Below, one piece after another: positions 48,601-60,730 of a stretch of 64,000 nucleotides of DNA (position 1 is the stretch's first letter; the number at the start of each line of letters is the position of its first letter). The position numbers and the translations under genes are program-made. The notes below the pieces were generated by a model that saw only the letters and a program-made list of their open reading frames with translations, had not been told where the DNA came from and searched no databases. Source of the stretch: an uncultured Victivallales bacterium. Lineage in GTDB: Bacteria > Verrucomicrobiota > Kiritimatiellia > UBA8416. The stretch lies in NCBI GenBank assembly GCA_964576795.1, contig CAZNWT010000005.1, positions 17,696-81,695 of the forward strand. The letters are read 5' to 3'.

Positions 48601-49779
48601 ACGCTTGCCATGGGTGCTGTTGTCTTGGTTGAGGATGGTGGCTCACTCAAGAAGGGAACCTGTCTGGCCAAGTGGGATCCGTACAGTGTGCCGGTATTGG
48701 CCGAACAGGCTGGTAAGGTTCGCTTTCATGACTTTGTCGAGAATGTCTCGGTGAAGATGGAATTGGATGAAGCCACGGGCATGAGTGGAACGGTTATTCT
48801 GGACAGCAAAGAGAATCTGCATCCTCAGATCATTATTGAGCATGAGAGTGGCGAGGTTCTTGGGTTCTACAGTATTCCGGCGGGTGCTCACGTGGTTGTG
48901 AAAGCGGGTGATTCCGTTACAGCGGGTGAGCTTTTGGCTAAGACGCCGCGCAAAGAGTCCAAGACTAAGGACATCACGGGTGGTTTGCCGCGTGTTGCAG
49001 AGCTATTTGAAGCACGTCAACCGAAGGATGCTGCAGAAATTGCGAAGATCGAAGGCCTCGTCGATTTTGGAGAGAATCAACGTGGCCGTCGCTGTCTGAT
49101 TATTAGTGATGAGATTACGGGAGACACCGAAGAGCATCTCATACCGATGGGTAAGCACATTGTGGTCTTCAAGGGGGATCGTGTCAAGAAGGGGCAGCAG
49201 CTTACGGAAGGTCCGATCGTACCTCAGGAGATTCTTGAAGTCTGCGGACCGCAGGAGCTTCAGGAGTACCTCGTGAACGAAGTACAGCAGGTCTATCGTC
49301 TACAGGGCGTGGAGATTAACGATAAGCACATCGAGTGTATTGTACGCCAGATGTTGCGTAAGGTTAAGATCACGAATCCGGGCGACACTGAATTGCTTTG
49401 GGGTGAACAAGTCTCACGTCAGCGTTTTCTTGAGATCAATGAAGCCGCCATTGAAGAAGGAAAACGGCCGGCTGAAGCGTCGCCATCATTGCTTGGCATC
49501 ACGAAGGCATCTTTGGAAACAGAGAGTTTCATTTCGGCAGCTTCCTTCCAGGACACAACTCGTGTACTGACGGATGCCGCCACGCTAGGCCGAATCGACA
49601 AGCTTCGTGGGTTCAAAGAGAATGTTATAATGGGCCACCTGATTCCTGGCGGTACCGGTTTCCATCTGCATCACAACATCAAGCTTGTGCCGCTGGTAGA
49701 TCCCATTGCCGAAGAGGATTTGGTTGACATTGAAGAGGCAGAAAGAAAGTTTGAACAATTATGGGATAAAGGCTTGTAA
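45610..49779 (+). CDS. rpoC: DNA-directed RNA polymerase beta' subunit (TTG start)
   Basis: 1389 aa with the Zn motif [20 protein letters not shown] and the catalytic NADFDGD. Confidence 0.95.
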   Translation: MNPILGKETSGLSEVGTFNSVGITLAAPETIRSWSRGEVKNPETINYRTYKPERGGLFCERIFGPTRDWECSCGKYKRIKHKGVICDRCGVEVTVSRVRRERMGHIELAVPVSHIWFFKCTPSRIGLMLDITASSLERVLYYEDYIVTDAGDTPLKAKQLLNELEYREAREKYGDSFSAKMGAEGIRDLLTAVKLEELMIELEAAMEKTRSKQTRKKLSKRMKVTEGFRTSVTRPEWMILDVLPVIPPDLRPLVPLEGGRFATSDLNDLYRRVINRNNRLKNLQQLKTPDVIIRNEKRMLQEAVDAVFDNGRHGRPVTGAGNRPLKSLSDMLRGKGGRFRQNLLGKRVDYSGRSVIVVGPELKLNQCGLPKKMALTLFEPFIIRRLKEMGVVHTVRSAKKLIERQSDEVWDILEEITQDKTVMLNRAPTLHRLSVQSFEPKLVEGEAIHLHPLVCTAFNADFDGDQMAVHVPLSIEAQLESRLLMMSTNSIFSPSSGKSVMTPTQDIALGIYYMTTLSQADKMRKFRPGHDPDALEHLPIFVNNNEVLLAHVEGAVTVHDRIRLRNPDFGKDTAFGDSETRVIETTVGRVFFNEVWPEEIGFVNKPVDKGVLGSLIWHCHKRAGHAATVIALDALKETGFEHATLAGVSIGMVDMIIPPEKPEILAGSRKQVAEVDAQYRKGVITDGERYNKIVDIWTHATEEISNAMYTAIEENKGSDETNPVFMMVDSKARGSRQQIRQLAGMRGLMAKPSGEIIERPITSNFREGLSVLEYFISTHGARKGLADTALKTADAGYLTRKLVDVAQDVIVVEQDCNTVNGIEIKAITEGDEELVGLDTRVLGRTALTDIIDPTTGKVICKMNDEIDEEKAALIMSSGVERVRIRSVLTCESRRGLCARCYGRDLATGNAAEVGTAVGIIAAQSIGEPGTQLTMRTFHIGGTASSVFKQPEIIVKHKGSVRYHELRVVQNTEGDNVVLNKNGVISVHNASGHEVERYTLAMGAVVLVEDGGSLKKGTCLAKWDPYSVPVLAEQAGKVRFHDFVENVSVKMELDEATGMSGTVILDSKENLHPQIIIEHESGEVLGFYSIPAGAHVVVKAGDSVTAGELLAKTPRKESKTKDITGGLPRVAELFEARQPKDAAEIAKIEGLVDFGENQRGRRCLIISDEITGDTEEHLIPMGKHIVVFKGDRVKKGQQLTEGPIVPQEILEVCGPQELQEYLVNEVQQVYRLQGVEINDKHIECIVRQMLRKVKITNPGDTELLWGEQVSRQRFLEINEAAIEEGKRPAEASPSLLGITKASLETESFISAASFQDTTRVLTDAATLGRIDKLRGFKENVIMGHLIPGGTGFHLHHNIKLVPLVDPIAEEDLVDIEEAERKFEQLWDKGL

Positions 49780-49837
49780 CTAGGGTTATAGCTTTGGTAC
49801 ATTCCGAGCTTCGTTTGCCAAAACAAGGACAGGTAGA

Positions 49838-50215
49838 ATGCCTACAATTAATCAGTTGGTCAGAAAAGGCCGCAAGCAGATCAAGAAGAAGAGCAAAGCA
49901 CCTGCGCTTGTGGGTTGCCCTCAAAAACGTGGTGTTTGTCTTCAAGTAAAGACTCAGACACCGAAGAAGCCGAACTCAGCGTTACGTAAAGTTGCACGTG
50001 TTCGTCTGACATCCGGTTTTGAGGTTAGCGCCTATATTGGTGGCGAAGGTCACAATCTCCAAGAGCACAGTGTGGTTTTGGTGCGTGGTGGGCGAGTTAA
50101 GGATTTGCCTGGTGTTCGGTACCATGTTGTACGCGGAGCACTTGACAGTCTCGGGGTGGACGGACGCAATCGCGGTCGTTCGAAGTATGGTGTAAAGAAG
50201 AAAGCGAAGTCTTAG
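49838..50215 (+). CDS. rpsL: 30S ribosomal protein S12
   Basis: [10 protein letters not shown]…[14 protein letters not shown]. Confidence 0.95.
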   Translation: MPTINQLVRKGRKQIKKKSKAPALVGCPQKRGVCLQVKTQTPKKPNSALRKVARVRLTSGFEVSAYIGGEGHNLQEHSVVLVRGGRVKDLPGVRYHVVRGALDSLGVDGRNRGRSKYGVKKKAKS

Positions 50216-50240
50216 ACTCCGCTGAGCAAGGAATTACTTT

Positions 50241-50711
50241 ATGGCACGCAGACGCAAAGCTGAGCGGCGGACGGTATTACCGGATCCGAAGTATAACAGT
50301 GAGTTGGTTGCGCGGGTGATCAACTACGTCATGCGCGCTGGGAAAAAGTCCACTGCTGAAAAGATCATTTATGGAGCGATGAACAAGATTCAGGAGAAGT
50401 CCGAACAGGATCCTCTGGGAGTGTTGATTCGCGCCGTTGATAATATTAAACCACGGGTTGAGGTTAAGTCTCGCCGCGTTGGTGGTGCCACTTACCAGGT
50501 ACCCGTGGAAATCAGTACGCGTCGTCAGCTTGCGCTGGCATTGCGTTGGCTGGTGCAGTATTCCTCTGCCCGTCGTGGTATGGCTATGGAGCAGGCCATT
50601 GCGGTAGAGTTGCTAGACGCCTATAATAATCAGGGTGCCTGCATTAAGAAGCGAGAAGATACGCATAAGATGGCTCAGGCCAATAAGGCTTTTGCCCACT
50701 ATGCGTGGTAG
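50241..50711 (+). CDS. rpsG: 30S ribosomal protein S7
   Basis: S7 family. Confidence 0.95.
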   Translation: MARRRKAERRTVLPDPKYNSELVARVINYVMRAGKKSTAEKIIYGAMNKIQEKSEQDPLGVLIRAVDNIKPRVEVKSRRVGGATYQVPVEISTRRQLALALRWLVQYSSARRGMAMEQAIAVELLDAYNNQGACIKKREDTHKMAQANKAFAHYAW

Positions 50712-50743
50712 TAGTTTGTGTTCTTTGACATCGAGAAACAAGT

Positions 50744-52876
50744 GTGGGTGCCGTCTTGGGCAGTAACGCAAAAACCAAGGGGTCTGGAAACAAATGCCGG
50801 GAGGCTCCAGATCGTGGTCATGCGTTATCTCAAGTACGGAACATTGGGATTATAGCTCACATAGACGCCGGAAAGACGACAACAACAGAGCGAATGCTCT
50901 TCTATGCCGGTCGCGTTCATAAGATTGGAGAGGTCCACGAAGGCAACACGGTAATGGACTGGATGGCGCAGGAGAAGGAGAGGGGCATCACTATAACAAG
51001 TGCTGCAACCACCTGCTTCTGGGATGACCACCAGATCAACATTATCGACACGCCTGGCCATGTGGACTTTACGGTCGAAGTGGAGCGGTCGCTACGTGTG
51101 TTGGATGCAGCGGTTGGCGTCTTTTGTGGAGTAGGTGGGGTGCAACCCCAGTCGGAAACGGTCTGGCATCAAGCAGATCGTTACCATGTTCCCCGGTTAG
51201 CCTTTGTGAATAAGATGGATCGCATGGGTGCAAGTTTCGACACAGTAGTGTTGGAAATGCGCGAGCGCCTTGGCGCAAATGCGGTTCCGATTCAAATTCC
51301 AATTGGTGCCGAGGAAACCTATGTGGGCCTAGTTGACCTGATTGAGATGAAATCAATCCTGTTTGACGAAGAAGGCTATGGTGCAAAGCTAACCCATGGT
51401 GATATACCCGAATCCGTGTCCATTGCAGCTGAGTCTGCGAGGGCAGAACTTGTTGAAAAGGTTGCTGAGAGGGACGAAATCGTCCTTGAAGCCTTTCTCG
51501 AACAGGGCGACGTGTCTGTAGATGTCCTTAAAGCAGGCATCAGGCGTGTCGTCGCTGCTAACGAGATGACCCCTGTTTTGTGTGGCTCCTCGCTAAAAAA
51601 CAAAGGGGTGCAGCCGCTTCTAGACGCCATTGTGGCGTACCTTCCATCCCCATTAGATGTGCCTCCAATTGAGGGTGTTAACCCCAAGACGGAAGAGGCC
51701 GTTATCCGTGAACCGGATGATTTTGGACCCGCCAGTGCGCTGGCCTTCAAACTGATGACAGATCCTTACCTTGGACGTATCGCGTTTGTTCGTGTTTACT
51801 CTGGGCAGATCAAGAAGGGACAGAACATTTTCAATCCGCGAACCCGGAAGCGTGAGCGGATCATGAGTCTGATGCAGTTGCATGCTGACGAGCGCGTAGA
51901 GATTGATGTGCTTTATTCCGGAGAGATTGGTGCGGTTTCAGGACTGAGGGAGGCAACAACAGGCGATACGTTGTGCGTAGAGAATGCGCCCGTGTTGCTG
52001 GCGGGAATTCGATTCCCTGAACCGGTAATGTTCATGGCGATTGAGCCAAGGACGCGTGCAGATCGGGATAAGCTAGTGGATGCACTGGCCACACTCGCTG
52101 GGGAAGACCCCTCCTGTGTGATTCGAAGCAACCCTGAGACGGGACAGACCGTTATGAGTGGAATGGGGGAGCTTCACTTAGAGATTTTGAAAGATAGGAT
52201 ATTGCGGGAGTTCAAGGTTGCCGCAAACACGGGTAAGCCAATGGTGGCCTACCACGAGACGGTGACGCGAGCGGGAAAAGCTTCCCATGAGTTTGATCGT
52301 GATTTAGGCGGTCAACGGCATTATGCAAATTTGGTTCTTGAAGTTGAACCTCGGGATCGAGGTTCTGGAAATGAAATAACGTTTGAGCTTTCCAAAAGCA
52401 CGTTACCTGAAAAATTCAGGGAGAGTGTTGAGGACGGTCTGAGAGATGGAGCGACGACGGGAGTTTTAAGTCGCTACGCGGTAACGGATATAGCCGTGCG
52501 GGTAGTCGATGCGAGGGTAGCCCCTGAGTACTCAACGGAAGTCGCATTTAGGACAGCGGCAACATTGGCGTTTCGAGAGGCGGTATCAAAGGCTTGCCCG
52601 GAATTCCTTGAGCCGATTATGGCGTTGGAGATAGTGACTCCGGCCGAACATATGGGTGATGTCCTCAGGGACATTAACAGTCGACGTGGTAAGGTACGGA
52701 ATATGACAAATCGTGGAGTCTTACAAGTTGTGCATGCGGCGGTTCCGCTTGCCGAGATGTTTGGCTATTCAACTGCGATCCGGTCATTGACGCGTGGACG
52801 GGCCAATTACACGATGGAGCCGGAGCAGTTTGAAATTGCCCCGGCGCAATTAAAGAACGAGCTACTTAACAGGTGA
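50744..52876 (+). CDS. fusA: Elongation factor G (start uncertain; GTG 50744 or TTG 50756)
   Basis: The G domain [12 protein letters not shown] is preceded by a ~25-aa extension with no in-frame ATG. Confidence 0.9.
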   Translation: MGAVLGSNAKTKGSGNKCREAPDRGHALSQVRNIGIIAHIDAGKTTTTERMLFYAGRVHKIGEVHEGNTVMDWMAQEKERGITITSAATTCFWDDHQINIIDTPGHVDFTVEVERSLRVLDAAVGVFCGVGGVQPQSETVWHQADRYHVPRLAFVNKMDRMGASFDTVVLEMRERLGANAVPIQIPIGAEETYVGLVDLIEMKSILFDEEGYGAKLTHGDIPESVSIAAESARAELVEKVAERDEIVLEAFLEQGDVSVDVLKAGIRRVVAANEMTPVLCGSSLKNKGVQPLLDAIVAYLPSPLDVPPIEGVNPKTEEAVIREPDDFGPASALAFKLMTDPYLGRIAFVRVYSGQIKKGQNIFNPRTRKRERIMSLMQLHADERVEIDVLYSGEIGAVSGLREATTGDTLCVENAPVLLAGIRFPEPVMFMAIEPRTRADRDKLVDALATLAGEDPSCVIRSNPETGQTVMSGMGELHLEILKDRILREFKVAANTGKPMVAYHETVTRAGKASHEFDRDLGGQRHYANLVLEVEPRDRGSGNEITFELSKSTLPEKFRESVEDGLRDGATTGVLSRYAVTDIAVRVVDARVAPEYSTEVAFRTAATLAFREAVSKACPEFLEPIMALEIVTPAEHMGDVLRDINSRRGKVRNMTNRGVLQVVHAAVPLAEMFGYSTAIRSLTRGRANYTMEPEQFEIAPAQLKNELLNR

Positions 52877-52883
52877 TACTCGA

Positions 52884-53192
52884 ATGGATGGTCAGCGCAT
52901 AAGAATTCGTTTGCAGGCTTATGATCATAGTGTTTTGGATCAAGCAGTCCTTGACATTATAGACACAGCACGCGGGACAGGGGCGCAAGTCGCTGGCCCG
53001 ACGCCGTTACCGACGCGAATTGAGCGGTTCACGGTAAACCGGAGTCCTTTTGTTGATAAGAAGTCGATGGAGCAGTTTGAGATGCGTACGCATAAGCGAC
53101 TCCTCGATATTATAGAGCCGACGGCAAAGACGGTGGATGAACTGAAGAAGTTAAACCTGCCGGCGGGTGTGGACATAACGATCAAGATCTGA
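52884..53192 (+). CDS. rpsJ: 30S ribosomal protein S10
   Basis: S10 family. Confidence 0.95.
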   Translation: MDGQRIRIRLQAYDHSVLDQAVLDIIDTARGTGAQVAGPTPLPTRIERFTVNRSPFVDKKSMEQFEMRTHKRLLDIIEPTAKTVDELKKLNLPAGVDITIKI

Positions 53193-53203
53193 GTGAAGGT
53201 ACC

Positions 53204-53845
53204 ATGAACGGACTGATTGGAAAAAAGCTAGGAATGACGCAGGTCTTTGATGCAGACGGTCGCCGGGTAGCGGTGACGGTTATTGCAGCAGGCCCGTGCG
53301 TTGTTGTACAGCGTAAGACAACGGCTGCGGATGGATATGAGGCTCTCAAATTGGCCTTTGATCCACAGCGTGAGTCCCGTCTTCGGAAATCCGAAGTGGG
53401 TGTATTCAAGAAAGCGGGTGTAGATACATACCGCATTCAGCGCGAGTTCTTGTGTGAGGCAAGCGACGCGACTGCCGTTGGGGAGACGGTTACGGCAGCG
53501 ATGTTTGAAGGTGCCTCTTATGTGGACGTAGTGGGTAACTCTAAAGGCCGCGGTTTTCAGGGCGTCGTGAAGCGTTACAATATGGGTGGTGGCCGCATGA
53601 CGCATGGTGGACATTCGCGTCGTCGTCCAGGATCCATCGGCCAGTGTGCCTATCCAGGGCGCGTTGCCAAAGGGCAGCGGATGCCGGGTCACATGGGCAA
53701 TACGCGTGTCACGCAGCAGAATTTGAAGCTTCTGGATGTTCGCGGAGACGATAACTTATTGATTGTTCAAGGCGCGGTTCCAGGCCCGAATGGTGGTCTG
53801 GTTCTGGTGAAGAAAGCGTTGAAGAAGACGGAGCGCTCCTCATGA
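53204..53845 (+). CDS. rplC: 50S ribosomal protein L3
   Basis: L3 family. Confidence 0.95.
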   Translation: MNGLIGKKLGMTQVFDADGRRVAVTVIAAGPCVVVQRKTTAADGYEALKLAFDPQRESRLRKSEVGVFKKAGVDTYRIQREFLCEASDATAVGETVTAAMFEGASYVDVVGNSKGRGFQGVVKRYNMGGGRMTHGGHSRRRPGSIGQCAYPGRVAKGQRMPGHMGNTRVTQQNLKLLDVRGDDNLLIVQGAVPGPNGGLVLVKKALKKTERSS

Positions 53846-54468
53846 GTAATGTGAAGATATTTGATATGAGTGGTGGTGAGGTTGGTGACTATGCGTTGCC
53901 AATGGAGCTGCTGGAGCTTGAGAAGGGTACGCAGGCCGTTCACGATGTTGTCGTGGCGATGCAAAATGCCCGTCGTGCAGGCACGGCATGTACACTCACG
54001 AAGGGGGAAGTTGCTGGCACGGGAGCCAAGCCATGGAAGCAGAAGGGAACAGGCCGTGCACGTGCCGGTTACCGTCAGTCTCCCGTGTGGCGTGGTGGTG
54101 CAACGGCATTCGGCCCACGTCCTCGCTACTACGGTTCCAAGATAAACAAAAAAGTGGCGAAATTAGCTTTTCGTCGTGCGTTGAGTGAGAAACTCAACGA
54201 TGGTGAGATCCGGGTGGTAGAGCAGATTGCTCTGGAAGCCGCCAAGACAAAGGTGTTTGCATCAATGATTGAAGCGATGGGTGTGAAAGCTCCGCTGCTT
54301 TTGATTGTTGATCAGATCGACTCGAATTTGGCTTTGGCCTCGCGTAATTTTCCTCGTATTGAGGTCGTGCGGGCCGCAGATGTCAACGTATACCAATTGT
54401 TGCGGTATCCAACCGTTGTTGTTAATAGCGCCGGTATGGACCAACTCAAGACGCGTTTGGAGAAGTGA
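53842..54468 (+). CDS. rplD: 50S ribosomal protein L4
   Basis: L4 family. Confidence 0.9.
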   Translation: MSNVKIFDMSGGEVGDYALPMELLELEKGTQAVHDVVVAMQNARRAGTACTLTKGEVAGTGAKPWKQKGTGRARAGYRQSPVWRGGATAFGPRPRYYGSKINKKVAKLAFRRALSEKLNDGEIRVVEQIALEAAKTKVFASMIEAMGVKAPLLLIVDQIDSNLALASRNFPRIEVVRAADVNVYQLLRYPTVVVNSAGMDQLKTRLEK

Positions 54469-54749
54469 TGAAAGATTCCCGTTCGATCATCAAGAAGATT
54501 CAAGTTACCGAGAAGGGTACTTTGCTCGCTGAGGCGAACAAGTACATCTTCGAAGTGACCCCCAGCTCGAACAAGGTAGAGATCAAGCGTGCTGTGGAGT
54601 CGCTATTTGACGTGAAAGTGACGCAAGTCAACACGATGAACTATATAGGCAAGAAGAAGCGCCAGCGTACGGCAAAGTATGGCAAGCGCTCTGATTGGAA
54701 GCGTGCAGTGGTGACGCTTGCTGATGGCAATCGCATTGATATGACGTAA
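54465..54749 (+). CDS. rplW: 50S ribosomal protein L23
   Basis: L23 family. Confidence 0.9.
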   Translation: MMKDSRSIIKKIQVTEKGTLLAEANKYIFEVTPSSNKVEIKRAVESLFDVKVTQVNTMNYIGKKKRQRTAKYGKRSDWKRAVVTLADGNRIDMT

Positions 54750-54781
54750 CGCGTGCTACGCGCTGATAGGGAAGAAGAACG

Positions 54782-55606
54782 ATGGCACTGAAAAAATACA
54801 ATCCGACGACTCCGAGCATGCGGTTTACAACCGTCTCGGCGTTCGACGAGATTACCGAAACGAAGCCTGAGCGTTCGTTGACGAAGGCGACCAAGAAACG
54901 GGCCGGACGCAACTCAGCGGGACGCATCACTGTTCGCCACCATGGTGGCGGTCACAAACGGAAATATCGTCAGATCGACTTTAGACGCGACAAGGTAGGT
55001 ATTCCTGCTAAAGTGGCGACGATTGAGTACGATCCGAATCGCTCTGCGAACATTGCCTTATTGCATTATGTGGATGGCGAGAAGCGATACATTCTAGCTC
55101 CTTCGAAATTGAAGGTGGGCTCTGAGGTGGTATCGGGATCCGATGCTGAGGCGATTGTGGGAAATGCCTTGCCGCTGGCAAACATTCCTCTAGGCATGTA
55201 TATCCATAACATTGAGCTTGAACCTGGGCGTGGTGGTAAAGTGTGCCGCTCGGCAGGGGGTAGTGCTCAGCTCATGGCACGCGAGGGCAAGTATGCCCAG
55301 CTGAAGTTGCCATCTGGTGAGATCCGCCTGTTTCATGTGCGTTGCATGGCCTCGGTGGGGCAGATGGGTAATGCAGAGCATTCGAAAGTTAAAGATGGTA
55401 AGGCGGGTCGCAAACGCTGGCGTGGAGTTCGCCCAACGGTGCGTGGTGTTGCCATGAATCCAGTGGATCATCCAATGGGTGGTGGTGAGGGCCGTACGTC
55501 CGGTGGTGGACATCCGACCTCGCCTTGGGGTCAATTGGCCAAGGGCGGTAAGACGCGCGGAAAACGCAAGCCTTCAAACAAGTTCATTGTTAAGCGGAGA
55601 AAGTAA
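54782..55606 (+). CDS. rplB: 50S ribosomal protein L2
   Basis: L2 family (…GGGHKRKYR…). Confidence 0.95.
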   Translation: MALKKYNPTTPSMRFTTVSAFDEITETKPERSLTKATKKRAGRNSAGRITVRHHGGGHKRKYRQIDFRRDKVGIPAKVATIEYDPNRSANIALLHYVDGEKRYILAPSKLKVGSEVVSGSDAEAIVGNALPLANIPLGMYIHNIELEPGRGGKVCRSAGGSAQLMAREGKYAQLKLPSGEIRLFHVRCMASVGQMGNAEHSKVKDGKAGRKRWRGVRPTVRGVAMNPVDHPMGGGEGRTSGGGHPTSPWGQLAKGGKTRGKRKPSNKFIVKRRK

Positions 55607-55609
55607 TCT

Positions 55610-55894
55610 ATGTCACGCTCCATTAAAAAGGGACCTTACGTTGAACCGAGTTTGCTCAGGAAGATTGAGCGGATGAATCGTTCAGGAGACCGTCGTCCGA
55701 TCAAAACTTGGTCGCGTCGCTCAATGATTATGCCTGAATTTGTTGGGCACACGATGGGCATACACAACGGAAAACAGCACATTCCTGTATTTATTACCGA
55801 GAATATGGTGGGGCATCGTTTGGGGGAGTTTGCACCAACGCGTACATTCCGTCGTCATGGCTCACATACCGATAAGACTATTGCCCTGAAGTAA
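55610..55894 (+). CDS. rpsS: 30S ribosomal protein S19
   Basis: S19 family. Confidence 0.95.
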   Translation: MSRSIKKGPYVEPSLLRKIERMNRSGDRRPIKTWSRRSMIMPEFVGHTMGIHNGKQHIPVFITENMVGHRLGEFAPTRTFRRHGSHTDKTIALK

Positions 55895-55922
55895 ATTTCG
55901 GGTTGAGGTGGGAGAATTTGAA

Positions 55923-56258
55923 ATGGAAGTTCAGGCGATAGCGAAGCGAGTGCGGATGTCCCCGACAAAGGCGCGTGATTTGGCGCGTGAGATACAGGGG
56001 AAGTCGGTGGCAGATGCGTTGCGCATTACAACGATTAGTGAGCGAAAAGCGGCATTTCAGCTTGGCAAGACGTTAAAGTCTGCAATAGCGAATGCAGAGA
56101 GTAATGCAGATCTTGCAGTTGATGATTTGCGGGTGAAGAGTGCTGTTATTGACGAGGGACAGCGAATGAAGCGCTACTGGCCTCGGGCCCGTGGTATGGT
56201 GAGACATATCGTAAAAAAGACATGTCACATCAAGATTGTTTTGACGGACGCGAAGTAA
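55923..56258 (+). CDS. rplV: 50S ribosomal protein L22
   Basis: L22 family. The ATG at 55923 is preceded by gaggtggga, while the ORF track begins at GTG 55908. Confidence 0.9.
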   Translation: MEVQAIAKRVRMSPTKARDLAREIQGKSVADALRITTISERKAAFQLGKTLKSAIANAESNADLAVDDLRVKSAVIDEGQRMKRYWPRARGMVRHIVKKTCHIKIVLTDAK

Positions 56259-56311
56259 ACATGTACATAAGCAGGCTTTTCACGCTGCTAGGCTTTTAGG
56301 AGGATCCAGCT

Positions 56312-56983
56312 TTGGGACAAAAAGTAAATCCAATTGGACTGAGAGTAGCTGTCAATAAAGATTGGCGGTCACGATGGTTCTCAGGCAAGAAGAATTTCGG
56401 CACGATGCTGAATGAAGACCTTGATATTCGTGATCTTATCAAGACACGACTCGAGAGTGCTGCAGTGGCGCGGGTGGATATCGAGCGCTATGCGAATCGG
56501 GTGCGTATCAGCATTCACACGGCGCGTCCTGGGATTGTCATTGGACGAAAGGGCCAGGACATTGAGCGGATTCGTGCGCAGATTGCAAAGAAAACGGGCA
56601 AGGAAATTTATATCGAGATTAAGGAAATCCGAGACCCTGATGCCAATGCACAACTTGTTGCCGAGAACATCGCCATGCAGATGGTGCGACGTGTGTCGTT
56701 CCGGCGTGCGATGAAGCGTGCAATGAAGATGGCTATGGATTTGGGGGTTGAGGGAATCAAGATTCGTGCTGCTGGTCGTTTGGGAGGCTCTGAACTTGCC
56801 CGTACGGAGTGGTACAAAGAGGGCCGGATTCCGTTGCATACGCTACGCGCAAACATTGAATACGGATTTACAGAAGCCAAGACGACTGCAGGGTTGATTG
56901 GCATCAAGGTATGGGTGTGTAAGAAGGACGAGGATCCAGAAGCGGGTCAGAGGGGAGCGAAACGCAATGCCACTCATGCCTAA
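56312..56983 (+). CDS. rpsC: 30S ribosomal protein S3 (TTG start)
   Basis: [12 protein letters not shown] terminus and a KH domain. Confidence 0.95.
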   Translation: MGQKVNPIGLRVAVNKDWRSRWFSGKKNFGTMLNEDLDIRDLIKTRLESAAVARVDIERYANRVRISIHTARPGIVIGRKGQDIERIRAQIAKKTGKEIYIEIKEIRDPDANAQLVAENIAMQMVRRVSFRRAMKRAMKMAMDLGVEGIKIRAAGRLGGSELARTEWYKEGRIPLHTLRANIEYGFTEAKTTAGLIGIKVWVCKKDEDPEAGQRGAKRNATHA

Positions 56984-57383
56984 GAGAGTCAAGCACCGCA
57001 AGGTGATGAAGGGTAAGCGCAAGGGCTCTGCCAAGAGTGGAACCGTGGTTTCATTTGGGGAGTTCGGCTTGAAGAGCATGGGGCGTGGCTGGATTAAGGC
57101 TACGCAGATTGAGTCCTGTCGTGTGGCGATTAATCGTCATATGAAACGTAAGGGCAAGCTCTGGATTCGCATTTTCCCTGACAAACCCATTACGCAGAAA
57201 CCCATTGAAGTTCGTATGGGTAAGGGCAAGGGAAACCCAGAGTATTGGGTAGCTGTTGTCAAGCCGGGGCGTGTGCTTTTTGAGGTGGCTGGTGTCCCTG
57301 AGGATGTGGCTCGTTCAGCGCTACGTTTGGCAGATGCCAAGCTGGGTGTTCGAACCCGCCTTGTGAAGCGGGGCGAGGGCTAA
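56967..57383 (+). CDS. rplP: 50S ribosomal protein L16
   Basis: [12 protein letters not shown]… The start overlaps the rpsC stop. A second ATG at 56976 is an alternative. Confidence 0.9.
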   Translation: MPLMPKRVKHRKVMKGKRKGSAKSGTVVSFGEFGLKSMGRGWIKATQIESCRVAINRHMKRKGKLWIRIFPDKPITQKPIEVRMGKGKGNPEYWVAVVKPGRVLFEVAGVPEDVARSALRLADAKLGVRTRLVKRGEG

Positions 57384-57416
57384 AAGCAGTAGCTTAGGAA
57401 TAGACGGGATAAGACG

Positions 57417-57629
57417 ATGAAAGCAACGCAGTTAAGAGAAAAGACCGCCGACGAGTTACGCGAGACTTACGATGAGACGCGTCAGGCGCTATTCAACCTG
57501 CAGGTTCGTGTGGATACGGGAGATGGCGCGGAGCAACCGCTGAAAGCGCGTTCGCTTCGGCGTGATGTGGCACGGATCAAGACGGTACTAAGAGAACTTG
57601 AACGGGAAGGCGCGAAGAACCATGGTTGA
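57417..57629 (+). CDS. rpmC: 50S ribosomal protein L29
   Basis: L29 family. Confidence 0.9.
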   Translation: MKATQLREKTADELRETYDETRQALFNLQVRVDTGDGAEQPLKARSLRRDVARIKTVLRELEREGAKNHG

Positions 57630-57894
57630 ACTCGGTACAAAGAAGCGCGGGAATCGCAAGACACGAAGCGGCTCTGTTGTGAGCCGTAGCGGAGACAAGT
57701 CGATCATCGTCCAGGTGGAAACGCGCAAGCCGCATCCACGTTATGGAAAGATCGTACGTCAAGTGAATAAGTTTCATGCGCATGATGAGGAAAATCAGGC
57801 GACTGTAGGGGACAACGTCGTGATAAGTGAGGCTCGTCCAATGAGCAAGCTGAAGCGGTGGCGCCTTGTAAAAATTGAGGAAAAGCGCGCTTAG
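57622..57894 (+). CDS. rpsQ: 30S ribosomal protein S17
   Basis: …SVVSRSGDKSIIVQVETRKPHPRYGK… The ATG at 57622 overlaps the rpmC stop. Confidence 0.9.
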   Translation: MVELGTKKRGNRKTRSGSVVSRSGDKSIIVQVETRKPHPRYGKIVRQVNKFHAHDEENQATVGDNVVISEARPMSKLKRWRLVKIEEKRA

Positions 57895-57915
57895 GCGTGT
57901 GATAGAGGGTATGAG

Positions 57916-58281
57916 ATGATAGCCGAAGAAGCGGTATTAATGGTCGCAGACAATACAGGCGCAAAGCGTGTGAAATGTTTTCGGGTTCTGGGGCAGCGCA
58001 AGCGCTATGCCTATGTCGGCGATCTCATCAAGGTCGCGATCCAAGAAGCGCAGCCTAACTGCGCCGTCAAGAAGGGGCAGGTTCACACAGCACTGATTGT
58101 TCGAACCAAGCATCCGCTTCAGCGACCCGATGGATCAACTTTACGTTTTGACAATAATGCAGTGGTTTTGATTGATGCTAATCAAAATCCAATGGGCTCA
58201 CGCATTTTTGGGCCGGTGGCGCGGGAATTGCGTGAGAAGAACTATATGAAGATTGTGTCCTTGGCACCAGAGGTGTTGTAG
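57916..58281 (+). CDS. rplN: 50S ribosomal protein L14
   Basis: L14 family. Confidence 0.95.
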   Translation: MIAEEAVLMVADNTGAKRVKCFRVLGQRKRYAYVGDLIKVAIQEAQPNCAVKKGQVHTALIVRTKHPLQRPDGSTLRFDNNAVVLIDANQNPMGSRIFGPVARELREKNYMKIVSLAPEVL

Positions 58282-58305
58282 GCATTCAACGGGTGAGGGT
58301 TCTAG

Positions 58306-58626
58306 GTGAGTATCAAAAGAATCAAAAAGGGCGATAATGTCGTCGCAATCTCCGGGGTGAATGCCGGAAAAACAGGCAAGGTGCTTTTCGTGGATGGCGA
58401 AAAGAGCCGTGCCATCGTCGAGGGCATAAATCTGAAGAAGAAAACGGTGCGTCGCTCCCAGGACAATCCGCAGGGCGGTATCATTGATCGGGAGGCGCCG
58501 ATTGCGCTGTCGAATTTGATGCCATATGATCCTGAAGCCAAGAAGGGCGTTCGGATCAGTCGCGCCAAAGATGGCGATAAACCGCTTCGCAAGAGCAAGG
58601 CGTCCAGTCACGTCTTTGACCGATAA
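58306..58626 (+). CDS. rplX: 50S ribosomal protein L24
   Basis: KOW-containing L24. Confidence 0.9.
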   Translation: MSIKRIKKGDNVVAISGVNAGKTGKVLFVDGEKSRAIVEGINLKKKTVRRSQDNPQGGIIDREAPIALSNLMPYDPEAKKGVRISRAKDGDKPLRKSKASSHVFDR

Positions 58627-58638
58627 CTGAGGGCTGCA

Positions 58639-59175
58639 ATGTCGACGATGATAGAGAAATATAGAGATGAAGTCGTACCAGCGCTGAAGGAGAAACTGGC
58701 GCTTACGAATGGTTTGACAGTACCCCGCGTGACGAAAGTTGTCGTGAATATGGGTATGGGTTGTGCGGATAAGGACACCTTGAAGCAGGTGACAGAGGAG
58801 TTGGCCGCGATTACGGGACAGCTGGCGTTAGTGACTAAAGCGCGTAAGAGTATCTCCAACTTCAAGTTGCGTGAGGGCATGAGTATTGGGGCAAAGGTGA
58901 CCTTACGGCACAAGCGTATGTATGACTTTTTGGATCGGCTGATCAATGCGGCTCTGCCGCGTATTCGCGACTTCCGGGGGGTTTCTGCTACGGGGTTTGA
59001 TGGTCAGGGGAATTATACGCTGGGTCTTAAAGAGCAGATGATTTTTCCTGAGATTGACCCGAACCACACGGGTGCGGTACAGGGCATGAATATCACGATC
59101 GTAACGACGGCAAAGAATGCCAACGACTCCCGGGAGCTTTTGAGCTTAATGGGCATGCCGTTCGCAAATAATTAA
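58639..59175 (+). CDS. rplE: 50S ribosomal protein L5
   Basis: L5 family. Confidence 0.95.
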   Translation: MSTMIEKYRDEVVPALKEKLALTNGLTVPRVTKVVVNMGMGCADKDTLKQVTEELAAITGQLALVTKARKSISNFKLREGMSIGAKVTLRHKRMYDFLDRLINAALPRIRDFRGVSATGFDGQGNYTLGLKEQMIFPEIDPNHTGAVQGMNITIVTTAKNANDSRELLSLMGMPFANN

Positions 59176-59188
59176 CGGAGGAAAGTCA

Positions 59189-59374
59189 TTGGCTAAGACA
59201 TCACTTATTGCGAAGGCGGCTCGGGCCCCGAAGTTTCAGGTCCGTGCGTATCACCGTTGCCGGCGTTGTGGACGACCGCGAGCATTTATGCGGCGATTCC
59301 AACTTTGTCGCATCTGTTTCAGAGAATTGGCATCATCGGGACAGATCCCGGGTGTCACAAAGGCCAGTTGGTAA
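59189..59374 (+). CDS. rpsN: 30S ribosomal protein S14 type Z (zinc-ribbon, 61 aa)
   Basis: [23 protein letters not shown]. Confidence 0.9.
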   Translation: MAKTSLIAKAARAPKFQVRAYHRCRRCGRPRAFMRRFQLCRICFRELASSGQIPGVTKASW

Positions 59375-59386
59375 CGAGGAGCTGAG

Positions 59387-59779
59387 ATGAGTTTGGCGGA
59401 TCCTTTGGCGGATATGTTGACCTGCATTCGGAATGCGGTAGCGGTAGGACACAAGACGGTGTCGATGCCTCATTCCCGAATGAAAGGTGAGATTGCACGC
59501 GTGATGAAATCGGAAGGTTTTGTTCGTGACTTTGTTGTAGAGGGCGGTCTGAAGAAGACGCTTACGGTTTATTTGAAGTATATGGGCAGTGAGCCTTCTA
59601 TCCGGGGGTTGCAGCGCTATAGCAAGTCTGGGTTGCGCAAGTATTGTGGAGCTGCGGATGTGCCGCGTGTCCTCGGGGGACTGGGGGTTGCCATTTTGAG
59701 TACCTCCTCGGGAATTCTGTCCGGCAAAGAGGCTAGAGAAAAGCACGTCGGTGGTGAAGTGCTTTGCACCATCTGGTGA
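59387..59779 (+). CDS. rpsH: 30S ribosomal protein S8
   Basis: S8 family. Confidence 0.95.
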   Translation: MSLADPLADMLTCIRNAVAVGHKTVSMPHSRMKGEIARVMKSEGFVRDFVVEGGLKKTLTVYLKYMGSEPSIRGLQRYSKSGLRKYCGAADVPRVLGGLGVAILSTSSGILSGKEAREKHVGGEVLCTIW

Positions 59780-59795
59780 TTGGAGAAATTGAGTC

Positions 59796-60326
59796 ATGTC
59801 GAGAATTGGAGAAATGCCCATTGACGTGCCCGCAGGGGTAACGGTTTCCGTTGAGGGTTCCCATGTTACCACCAAGGGTGGAAAAGGGGAGCTCGCATTG
59901 GATTTGCCTGAGGGAATCAGTGCTGCTGTTGAAGGAAGTCAGATTTCCGTAGCCCGTTGTGATGATAGTCGTAAGGCTTTCCACGGTTTGGCCCGTAGTC
60001 TGATATCCAATATGATTGAGGGTGTCAGTAATGGCTATTCGAAGGAGTTGGAGATTCAAGGTGTTGGTTTCAAAGCAGCCCTATCGGGTAAGACTTTGAG
60101 TCTCTCTCTTGGTTTTGCTTCTCCAATTGAATATACAGTTCCAGACACCGTTGACGTTGTTGTGAACAACAATACGGCGGTTGTGGTTTCAAGTGTTGAT
60201 AAGCAGCAGGTGGGCGAGGTCGCCTCGCGCATTCGTTCCTTCTTCCCGGCCGAACCCTATAAGGGCAAGGGTGTTCGGTACAAGGGCGAGAAAGTCCGGC
60301 GTAAAGAGGGTAAGACCGTCGCCTAG
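59796..60326 (+). CDS. rplF: 50S ribosomal protein L6
   Basis: L6 family. Confidence 0.95.
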   Translation: MSRIGEMPIDVPAGVTVSVEGSHVTTKGGKGELALDLPEGISAAVEGSQISVARCDDSRKAFHGLARSLISNMIEGVSNGYSKELEIQGVGFKAALSGKTLSLSLGFASPIEYTVPDTVDVVVNNNTAVVVSSVDKQQVGEVASRIRSFFPAEPYKGKGVRYKGEKVRRKEGKTVA

Positions 60327-60370
60327 TAGGGTGTTTTGATTTTGGAGAATGGGACGAGCAAGGACGAAGC

Positions 60371-60730
60371 ATGAAAGCGAAGACACGAAAAGATTACCGT
60401 GCCAGTCGGCACCAGCGCATTCGCAAGAAGATTAGCGGCACGGCCGCTTGTCCGCGCATGGCGGTTATGGTTTCCAATAAGCACATGTATGTGCAACTCA
60501 TAGATGATGACGCGGGATGCACACTGGTTTCAGCGAGCTCTGTGAAAGCGTCAGGCAATAATCTTGCTACGGCTGTAGAGATTGGCAAGCGCGCTGGAGA
60601 AGCGGCAAAGGAGAAGGGACTTTCTCAGTTTGTTGTAGACCGGGGTGGGTTCCGTTTTCACGGCCGTGTAAAGGCGATTGTTGATGCTGCTATAGAAGCT
60701 GGGCTTAGGAATACGAAGGAGGAGAAGTGA
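60371..60730 (+). CDS. rplR: 50S ribosomal protein L18
   Basis: L18 family. Confidence 0.9.
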   Translation: MKAKTRKDYRASRHQRIRKKISGTAACPRMAVMVSNKHMYVQLIDDDAGCTLVSASSVKASGNNLATAVEIGKRAGEAAKEKGLSQFVVDRGGFRFHGRVKAIVDAAIEAGLRNTKEEK

